Below are positions 7,219 through 14,900 of a stretch of 21,327 nt of DNA, piece by piece. The position numbers and the translations under genes are program-made. The notes under the pieces are model-generated. The model was given only the letters and a program-made list of their open reading frames with translations, was not told the origin of the DNA and did not search any database. Source of the DNA: Anaerolineae bacterium (lineage in GTDB: Bacteria; Chloroflexota; Anaerolineae; S140-20); contig JALUTT010000179.1 in the NCBI GenBank assembly GCA_027021705.1, forward strand, positions 1-21,327, in the 5' to 3' direction. Position 1 is the first letter of the stretch. The number at the start of each line of letters is the position of its first letter.

Positions 7219-8043
7219 ATGTGCGGATTGGCTGGAGTTCTTTTAGAACCGAAGGAGCGCTCGGCAGAGACATGGGAGGCGATCCGCCGTGCCTTCGTTC
7301 AGAACCTGCTGGCCAACCAAGAGCGGGGGAAGGAGGCCTCGGGGGTCGCTCGTATCCAGCGAGACGGCTCCTGTCACCTCTACAAGTCGCCTCTGCCGGC
7401 CGAGCAGTTGGTGGCCCAACGAGCCTTCCAGAACCTGCTGGCGGGGCTCGACGCCAACACCACGGCGCTCCTGGGCCACACCCGAGCGCCGACCAAGGGG
7501 ACGCCGGCTCACAACGGGAACAACCACCCGCTCTGGGTGGGTCACGTCGTTGGCATCCACAACGGTCACGTCGAGAACGACGATGACCTCTTCGAGCGAC
7601 TGCGCTTTCAACGACGCTGGGACGTGGACAGCGAGATCATCTTCCAGATCCTGAACCACCTCCACCCCGACCTGCTGGGCGACCTCTACCCCTACGCCAT
7701 CGGGCATAGCCTACGCCTGCTGGAGGGCAAGTTCACCCTGATGGCCGTGGACCTCCGCCAGCCCTACCGCCTGATCGTTGTGCGACAGGCGAACCCTCTC
7801 AGCTTCCACTACCACGCCGCTTGGGGAGCCATCTTCTTCTCCTCCCGCTATCTCTTCCTCCGCCGGGTGTTTGGGCGTGACGTCCGCACCGAGATCCTGC
7901 GGGACGGCACGATCTACCTCTTCGACAGCCACGCCCTGAGCGTCGGACCGGTCCAACGGATCCGTATAGGGTTCGAGCGTCCTCACCTCCATCGGCCGGC
8001 CGCCTTCGTCCTCCCCAACACCCCGCCTCCCATCCCTCGGTGA
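7219..8043 (+). CDS. Class II (Ntn) glutamine amidotransferase, stand-alone, 274 aa
   Basis: N-terminal MCG (Cys nucleophile), RGKEASG, LGHTRAPT, NNHP, HNGHV, DVDSE. There is no fused sugar isomerase, PRTase or Asn-synthetase domain. Confidence 0.9.
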   Translation: MCGLAGVLLEPKERSAETWEAIRRAFVQNLLANQERGKEASGVARIQRDGSCHLYKSPLPAEQLVAQRAFQNLLAGLDANTTALLGHTRAPTKGTPAHNGNNHPLWVGHVVGIHNGHVENDDDLFERLRFQRRWDVDSEIIFQILNHLHPDLLGDLYPYAIGHSLRLLEGKFTLMAVDLRQPYRLIVVRQANPLSFHYHAAWGAIFFSSRYLFLRRVFGRDVRTEILRDGTIYLFDSHALSVGPVQRIRIGFERPHLHRPAAFVLPNTPPPIPR

Positions 8044-8067
8044 CTACCCATACCTTGGGAGCAGGGA

Positions 8068-8115
8068 GATAGCCGTCCACGAATGAGGAGGCGAGAAGTT
8101 CGTGGACGGCCTATC
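8068..8115. repeat. Inverted repeat after the amidotransferase gene
   Basis: GCCGTCCACGAA (8072-8083) / TTCGTGGACGGC (8099-8110), a perfect 12-bp stem extendable by 4 bp past one bulge, with a 15-nt loop and no U-tract. Possible 3'-end or stability hairpin of the operon. Confidence 0.6.
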
Positions 8116-8183
8116 GCAGCCCATTCCCTCGCTCACCTGGGGATAATCACCGGCCATTTCCCATAGCTGAAAACCCCAAATGC

Positions 8184-8196
8184 GGGTATAATACCC
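8184..8196 (+). promoter_or_regulatory. -10 element of the antiporter operon embedded in a palindrome
   Basis: TATAAT at 8187-8192 inside GGGTAT-A-ATACCC, 54 nt upstream of the ATG. SD AGGAGG at 8230-8235. Confidence 0.55.
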
Positions 8197-8246
8197 TTCG
8201 TGCCCTCGTCCACCTGGTGACTGCTCTCTAGGAGGTCCTTTTTTCT

Positions 8247-10148
8247 ATGGAACAACCTAATTCCTTCCTGCCCCTGCTCATCGTCGTCTCCCTCGCTTTC
8301 ATCGTGCCCTTCGTCCTCTCCCGCTTCAAACGGCTGCGTCCGCCCATCGTCGTCGGAGAGATCATCGCCGGCATCTTGGTCGGTCGTAGCGGGCTGGGCT
8401 GGGTGGCCCGCCACGATCCGGTGCTCGACCTGCTGGCGGAGTTCGGCTTCGTCTTCCTGATGTTCCTGTCCGGTATGGAGATAGACTTCTCCAACCTGGG
8501 CGCTCTGAGCAATTCCAGAAGCTCTGGTCGCTCCGATTGGGGAGATCGGCTGCGGGGACCGGTCCCCCTGGCCGGTCTGAGCTTTGGGATCACCCTCGCC
8601 TTCTCCCTGGTCGCGGGCCTCGGCCTGACCCGCCTGGGGCTGGCCCAGGACCCCTGGATGATGGCCCTCATCCTCTCCACCACCTCCCTGGGGGTCGTCG
8701 TGCCCGTCCTCAAAGAACAGGGACTGAGCAGCGGACGTTTCGGCCAGACGTTGCTGGTTGCCGCTCTGATTGCCGATTTCGTCACGATGTTCCTCATCAC
8801 CGTGGTCGTCGCCGCCCTCTCCCACGGGCTGACCTTGGACATCCTCCTGATCAGTCTGCTCTTCGTCGCCTTCCTGCTGATGTACCGCTTCGGGATGTTC
8901 TTCTTCAACCAGCTCACCGTGGTGCGGCGGGTGATGGAGGAACTGAGCCACACACCTGCCCAGATCAAGGTCCGGGCCGCCTTCACGATGATGCTGCTCT
9001 TCGTCGGGCTGGCGGAGGTCCTGGGCACGGAGATCATCCTGGGGGCCTTCCTGGCCGGCGCCATCGTCTCGCTGCTGAGCACACCGGATGACACCGATCT
9101 GATCCACCAACTGGAGGCCGTGGGGTTCGGCTTCTTCATCCCCATCTTCTTCATTATGGTGGGGGTGGACTTCAACCTGCCGGCCCTGCTCGCTTCCTCC
9201 CAGGCGCTGCTGTTGCTCCCCCTGCTGCTCCTGGCAGCCATCGCGGTGAAGCTGATCCCCGCCCTGCTGCTGCGGGTGAACTTCACTTGGCGCGAGGCTT
9301 TGGCCGGCGGCGTCTTGCTCTCGGCCCGCCTCTCCCTCATCATCGCGGCCTCGGCCATCGGCATGCGCGTCGGGGTGATCAGCGAATCGGTCAACACGGC
9401 GATCATCCTGGTCGCCATCGTCACCGTGATCGCCGCCCCTCTGCTCTTCAACCAGTTGATGCCCCGCCGTCGTCGTCAGGAGAAACGGCCCATCCTCGTG
9501 GCCGGGGCCACCTCCCTGGGCTTGCAGGTGGCCGATCAGCTGCAGGCCCACAATGAAGTGGTCGTGGTGATGGATTCGGACGAAGATCGGCTGGCTCGGG
9601 CGCGCCGGCGTGGGCTCAGGACGGTACTGACCCACCCCGATCGTGACGACCCACGCGCTGTCCCCCACTACGAGGCTGCCCGGGTGCTGGTCTGCACCTA
9701 CGCAGACACCCGGTTGAACTACCGCATCTGCCGGCTGGCCCGCACTACCTACGGACTGAACCACGTAGTCGCCTACGTCACCGACCCCAACGCCATCCCC
9801 CGCTTCGAGCAGTTGGGCGTCACCCCGATGAACGAGGCCGTAGACCGGGCTGCTTTGCTGGTCCTGCTGGCCCGTAACCCCGACGTCTACACGTTGTTGA
9901 CCCGAACCGACGACGACAAGGAGGTCAGCGAGGTGGTGGTGCGCAACCGGCAGTGCGCCGGCAAGCTCCTGAGCGAGATCGAGTTGCCGGGCGACCTGTT
10001 GGTGGTTGCGCTACGCCGCAACGGGGAACTGGTGATCCCCCACGGGGATACCCGACTGGAGTACGGCGATCGCCTGACCCTGGTGGGCTCCATTGAGTGC
10101 ATCGAGGGAGCCCGGCGTTTCCTGGCCGGTATGGAAGATAGGGCGTGA
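8247..10148 (+). CDS. cpaA: Monovalent cation:proton antiporter (CPA2) with RCK_N and RCK_C domains, CpaA/YjbQ-like, 633 aa
   Basis: About 400 aa of multi-TM region with PIVVGEIIAGILVG, FLMFLSGME, LSTTSLGVV, ILGAFLAG and FFIPIFF. Then an RCK_N domain (ILVAGATSLG...VVVMDSD) and an RCK_C domain (VVALRRNGELVIPHGDTRLEYGDRL). The symbol reflects resemblance in architecture, not proven orthology. Confidence 0.88.
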   Translation: MEQPNSFLPLLIVVSLAFIVPFVLSRFKRLRPPIVVGEIIAGILVGRSGLGWVARHDPVLDLLAEFGFVFLMFLSGMEIDFSNLGALSNSRSSGRSDWGDRLRGPVPLAGLSFGITLAFSLVAGLGLTRLGLAQDPWMMALILSTTSLGVVVPVLKEQGLSSGRFGQTLLVAALIADFVTMFLITVVVAALSHGLTLDILLISLLFVAFLLMYRFGMFFFNQLTVVRRVMEELSHTPAQIKVRAAFTMMLLFVGLAEVLGTEIILGAFLAGAIVSLLSTPDDTDLIHQLEAVGFGFFIPIFFIMVGVDFNLPALLASSQALLLLPLLLLAAIAVKLIPALLLRVNFTWREALAGGVLLSARLSLIIAASAIGMRVGVISESVNTAIILVAIVTVIAAPLLFNQLMPRRRRQEKRPILVAGATSLGLQVADQLQAHNEVVVVMDSDEDRLARARRRGLRTVLTHPDRDDPRAVPHYEAARVLVCTYADTRLNYRICRLARTTYGLNHVVAYVTDPNAIPRFEQLGVTPMNEAVDRAALLVLLARNPDVYTLLTRTDDDKEVSEVVVRNRQCAGKLLSEIELPGDLLVVALRRNGELVIPHGDTRLEYGDRLTLVGSIECIEGARRFLAGMEDRA

Positions 10149-11413
10149 TGCTGGAGGGTCTGGGCCTCTCCCTGGAGTTGAACACCCTTACCCTCATCGG
10201 GCTGATCATCACCCTCGCCTTCCTGGGGAGCAAGCTCTTCCAACGGATGGGCATCCCCCAAGTGGTGGGCTTCATTGTTATGGGCGTCGCCATCGGCCAC
10301 TCGGGCCTCAACATCGTCTCGCTGGAACGGACGGAGGAACTGCTCTTCATCAGCCAGTTGGCCCTGGGGCTGATCGGCTTCGACATGGGCGGGCACCTGC
10401 ACGTCCAGGAACTGCGCCGGTTGGGGAAGAGCATCCTCTTCATCCTGATCTTCGAGGCCATGGGCGCCTTCGTCGTTGTCGCCATCGGCACCTACCTCCT
10501 CTGCCATTCCCTTTACACCGCCTTGCTCTTCGGTGCCATCTCCTCGGCCACAGCACCGGCAGCCACCGTAGACGTGCTGGCGGAGTACGATGCCGCCGGC
10601 CCTCTCACCACCACCCTCATCGCCGTCGTCGGCCTGGACGACGCCCTATCCCTGCTGCTGTACAGCATCACCGCCGCCTTCGCCGAGTCCACGCTGGCCC
10701 ATACCGGCCCTCCCCCTCTCCTCTCCCTCTTGGAACTGCCCCTGCTGGAGATCGGGGGCTCCCTGCTGTTAGGAGCAGGGCTAGGTCTGGTTCTGGGCTT
10801 CATTATGAGTCATCTTCGGAACCGTCACGACGTGATGGCCGTTGCCATCGGGACGGTCATCCTGGGCGTGGGGCTCTCGGTTACCTTGGGCTTTTCCCTG
10901 ATCCTGACCACGATGGTGCTGGGCAGCGTGGTGGTCAACCGGGATGCGCGGAACGGCCACTGCATTCGCTACGTCGTCGAGCAGGCCGGCCCCGTGATCT
11001 ACGTCCTCTTCTTCGCCCTGGTCGGAGCCCGCTTCCGGGTGGATATGCTGCCGAGGATGGGGGTCCTGGGGATCGCCTACGTGCTCCTGCGCAGCGGGGG
11101 CAAGTTCGCCGGGGCCTGGCTGGGAGGGCGTCTGGGAGGCGCAGTGGCAGCGGTGCGCAACAACCTGGGGCTGGGGCTTCTCTCTCAGGCCGGTGTAGCC
11201 ATCGGCCTGGCCCTGGACGCAGCCGCCCGCTTCGGCCGGCACAGCCCCCAAGGGAACCAACTGGGCAACCTGATCATCAACGTGATCACCGCCACCACCT
11301 TCATCGTCCAGATCATCGGCCCCATCGCGGTCAAGCAGGCCATCACCCGCGCCGGCGAGGTGGGTGGGGCGATCGCCACGGAGGACGAGTGGATCTCGGA
11401 GGGGATCACCTAG
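10148..11413 (+). CDS. Cation:proton antiporter (Na+/H+ exchanger family), membrane domain only
   Basis: TGATG overlap with the previous stop codon. Motifs IPQVVGFIVMGVAIG, SATAPAATVDV, VVGLDDA, FFALVGA and LGLLSQAGVAIGL. Confidence 0.9.
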   Translation: MLEGLGLSLELNTLTLIGLIITLAFLGSKLFQRMGIPQVVGFIVMGVAIGHSGLNIVSLERTEELLFISQLALGLIGFDMGGHLHVQELRRLGKSILFILIFEAMGAFVVVAIGTYLLCHSLYTALLFGAISSATAPAATVDVLAEYDAAGPLTTTLIAVVGLDDALSLLLYSITAAFAESTLAHTGPPPLLSLLELPLLEIGGSLLLGAGLGLVLGFIMSHLRNRHDVMAVAIGTVILGVGLSVTLGFSLILTTMVLGSVVVNRDARNGHCIRYVVEQAGPVIYVLFFALVGARFRVDMLPRMGVLGIAYVLLRSGGKFAGAWLGGRLGGAVAAVRNNLGLGLLSQAGVAIGLALDAAARFGRHSPQGNQLGNLIINVITATTFIVQIIGPIAVKQAITRAGEVGGAIATEDEWISEGIT

Positions 11414-11428
11414 CAGGGGGAGGAAGCC

Positions 11429-11881
11429 GTGGACTGGATCACAGAGCAAGTGGCCGTCGCCGGCGGGACCATCACGCCGGAGATCTGGCCGGAACTCCGG
11501 CGGACGATGGGCATCACAGCGGTGGTCAACATGCGGGCCGAGCAGCAGGACCTCTTCGGCTACCCGCCGCCGGCCGCCTACCTCTGGTTGCCCGTCGTGG
11601 ACCACACCGACCCCGACCTGGAGCAGTTGGCCTTGGGCGCCCACTTCGTAGACACCCTGGTGCGGGCCGGGCACCGGGTGCTCATCCACTGCGGGATGGG
11701 GATCGGGCGCTCGCGGACGATGGCGGCGGCCTACCTGATCTGGACCGGCCTCTCCGTGGACGAGGCGCTGCGCCAGGTCGAGGGCACCACCCGGCCCATC
11801 TACCGCCCGGAGCGCCGGCAGGTTCTGGAAGCCTTCGCCTCGGCGCTCCCTCCCCATCGGACGGAGACCTCCGAGGGCTGA
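11429..11881 (+). CDS. Dual-specificity/tyrosine protein phosphatase family protein, 150 aa
   Basis: GTG after GGAGG. GITAVVNM, LWLPVVD (general-acid loop), VLIHCGMGIGRS (CX5R) and AAYLI. Confidence 0.92.
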   Translation: MDWITEQVAVAGGTITPEIWPELRRTMGITAVVNMRAEQQDLFGYPPPAAYLWLPVVDHTDPDLEQLALGAHFVDTLVRAGHRVLIHCGMGIGRSRTMAAAYLIWTGLSVDEALRQVEGTTRPIYRPERRQVLEAFASALPPHRTETSEG

Positions 11882-11920
11882 CCGCCCTCGGAGCGCTTTC
11901 GTGAGCTACGGCCCCAAGGG

Positions 11921-11956
11921 AAGCGCGGCGCACCATCCCGGTGCGCCGCGCTTTTT
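11921..11956 (+). terminator. Rho-independent terminator between convergent genes
   Basis: 14-bp perfect stem AAGCGCGGCGCACC (11921-11934) / GGTGCGCCGCGCTT (11940-11953) with a 5-nt loop, and TTTTT at 11952-11956. Confidence 0.85.
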
Positions 11957-11993
11957 GGGGAACCGGCAGGGATAACCCGGGCGGGGCCAGTGC

Positions 11994-14900
11994 CTATCGG
12001 TTCTTCAGCACCACCGGCAGGTAGACCTTCACCCCTCCGGTGACCACCACCTTGCCCGTGTGGCCGGCGGCGTCGGTGTAGGTGTACTCCCCCGGCGTGG
12101 TGAACCGCCGCCGGTAGCCCGTCCCCGGCTCCAGATACCCGGCATCGAAGCCCCGGGTGTCCTGGAGCGGGTCCAGCGTGCTCAGCACCCGCAGGATGGG
12201 GTTGTCCGTCCAGCGCACCACGTCGGTGATGGTGTCCGTATCCCGCACCAGGGAGACCCACTGGACGGCACTGCCCACCGAGACGGTGACGACCGCCGGG
12301 TCGGGGCCGTCGGGCGTGAGCGTCACCGTCACCGCTGCCGCGTCGGGCCAGGGGGTGTAGGGGACGTTGACGTGGACGATCTGGGTGATCACCTGGATGA
12401 CGGGGCTGCGCCAGCGCTGGTAGCCGGGGATGCCCTCCACCTCCAGGTAGTAGTAGCCCGGCGGCGTGAAGAAGGCGAAGTAGCCGGTGGTGGTGATGCC
12501 GTCGGAGTAGGTGGCGTTGGTGTTCTGGGGGTTCACCTGGCCGTAGAGGTGGGCGGGCCAGGGCACCCAGCCGCCCCACTCGGGTACCGAGACGTAGGCG
12601 GTGACCGTCACGCCGGAGATCGCTTCCACCGGTGAGAACATTCCGGTGTTGGGATCGTAGCCCCCGCCCTTGTCCACGTTGAAGACGAAGCCGTCGGGGT
12701 CAATGAGGACCTGGCCCCCGTTGATCTGCTCGCTCATCACCTGACCCGTCTGTTCGTCCACGCAGCGGCTCTTGATCTTCACGTCGTGGGCGCTGCCGGT
12801 GACGTCAACCCTGAACTGCTTCAACGACTCGATGTACTGTCCCTTGTACTCCACCCCGTCGGCTTCGATCACGATTTCCTGCCGCTGGCCTGCGGGACAG
12901 CCACAAGGGGTGATGTACACCATCGTGTCCCAGAAGCCGTAGACGCCGGGCATCTGCCAATCCTTCGTGGAGTATTCCCCGTTCTTGTCCCTGAACTTGA
13001 AGCGTCGGAATTGCCCTTTGAGTGCCCCATCCTTCACCGTGCCGACCCACTCCGAGGTCTGAGGGTTCCACTGCACGTTCCGGGAATCCAGTTTGATAAG
13101 GTCGGAACTCTTGACCTCGCTGCGGTCGGGGGGATACACCATAGCGTAGATGAACGTCACCTTATCTTGAGGCATCTGGATGGTGGCCTCGAACAGGCCG
13201 TTCTGATCCGTCTTGCCCTGGGCCAGCAATCCCAGCGATCCGCTCTTCACCTCGACGGTGAGCCCCGGCTGGGCCTGCACCTTGACCGGCACGGGGCCCG
13301 GGCAGACCTGACCCCGCTCCGGCTGAATAAACCTGGGCGCCAGCAGCGGCACCTTTACCGTGCTCGTGACCGGCCCCTCGGAGATCACGCCCAGGACCTC
13401 GTTGCCTGACTTGATCGTGCCCGTGACTTTCGCCACGTTGGCAACCTCCTGGAGCTGGAGGCTGTAGGCCGGCGCATCGCCGTTGAGCCGCCCGTAGACC
13501 TGGCTCCCCTCCACGATGGCGTAGGAGTTCTCCCAGGCATAGGTGGTAGTTATACTGGAAGCACGAAGGCTCTGCGGACTCATTGGAACAAGGAAGTAGC
13601 CCCGCCACCCCCAGTTCCACTCGGCCCGCCGCAAGGTGAAGGTGATCGGCCAGTCGTCCCGCACCCGCATCTTGTCCATCGGCGGCTTATCCGGGTGGGC
13701 GTTATCGTAGCGGCCGTAGATAATCCACTCCACCCCCAGCGTGGGGCCGTCCTTGCCGTTGGGGTTGTACCAGATGCGCCCCTTCTTGTCCAGGGTCACC
13801 CGCGCCGGGTAGGTGGTGCCGACCGCGCTGTTGTCGTTCTGCTTGCTCTGGCACTCGTACCACTCCGGCGCGGTGTCAATGCCGATGGAGATGGGATAGC
13901 CGTTGTTGTCCCACTTGGTGGCCCGCACCAGGATGCGGAGTTGGTTGCCGGAGAGCGGGTCCAAGTCCCCGACGTCCCAGTGCCACTGGCGATCGTTGGG
14001 CTTCTGTGAGGGCAAGGGGTTGGCGGAGACGAACTTGCTGTTGGCGTTCTGGAGGTTGGCGACGATCCGCGTGCCGGGGGCCTTGAAGTCACCCCGGTTG
14101 TCGTAGCTCACCACCACCTCGTACTCGTGGTAGCCCACCGGCCTGAAGATCACGTTCTTCGGGATCTGGGCCTCGATGCGCAGGTCGGGGCACTTGACGA
14201 TGGTCTCCGCCTGGGCCGTCCACTGATACGAGACCCCCTGCACCACCGCCGTGGCGGTGTTGCGGATGCGCCCGCACTCCACGCCCTCGCAGGAGACGAC
14301 CAGGACGCGGAACTCGATCATCGCCGACTGCCCGATGGGCACCACCCCCTCCCAGATCACCTTGCCGGAGGAGTCGTACCGCACGGTGCCCCCGCCCTGG
14401 AGCACCTTGGCCGAGTTGGCCACGTACTGAGTTCCCTGCGGGATGGGGTCCTCCATCGTGACGTTGGCGTCCACCTGGCCGGTGTTGGCCACGGTCACCG
14501 TGTAGACGATCTCGTTGGGCAGGCTCTGACCCGAATATGGCGTAGCCTGCGGCGTGGCCTGCTTGTTCAGGACGATGTTGACGCCGCCCAGTTGGTAGAT
14601 GGTGGTGGTCACCACATCGGTGTTGTTCACCGCCGAGTCACCGTCCGTGGAGGTGGCGATGCCCGCCGTGTTGGTGATGACGGTGCCGTCTTGCAGGCCG
14701 GAGTTGGTGGTGACAGTAATCACGTAGGTGCCGCTCGCCCCCGCACTCACCGTGCCCAGCGTCCAGGTCAGATGCCGCCCGTTGCGGGTCGGGTTGCCGT
14801 CGGCCGCCCCGAAGGTCACCTCGGCGGGCAGCACGTCGGTGAGCACCACGTTCTCGGCGTCAGCACTGCCCTGGTTGCCCCACCGCACGCTGTAGGTGAT

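Noticed and set aside
7219..8043. glmS, purF or asnB assignment
   Set aside because: Only the glutaminase domain is present; the synthase domains defining those enzymes are missing.
5886..8043. Prophage origin of the amidoligase-GATase pair
   Set aside because: Such pairs occur in some phages, but no integrase, structural genes or att-like boundaries are visible, and the codon style matches the neighbouring genes.
11869..11893. Selenocysteine or readthrough signal: the phosphatase TGA sits in the loop of a 10-bp hairpin (CTCCGAGGGC/GCCCTCGGAG)
   Set aside because: A bacterial SECIS lies 3' of the UGA rather than around it. The phosphatase domain is already complete, and readthrough would run into the terminator.
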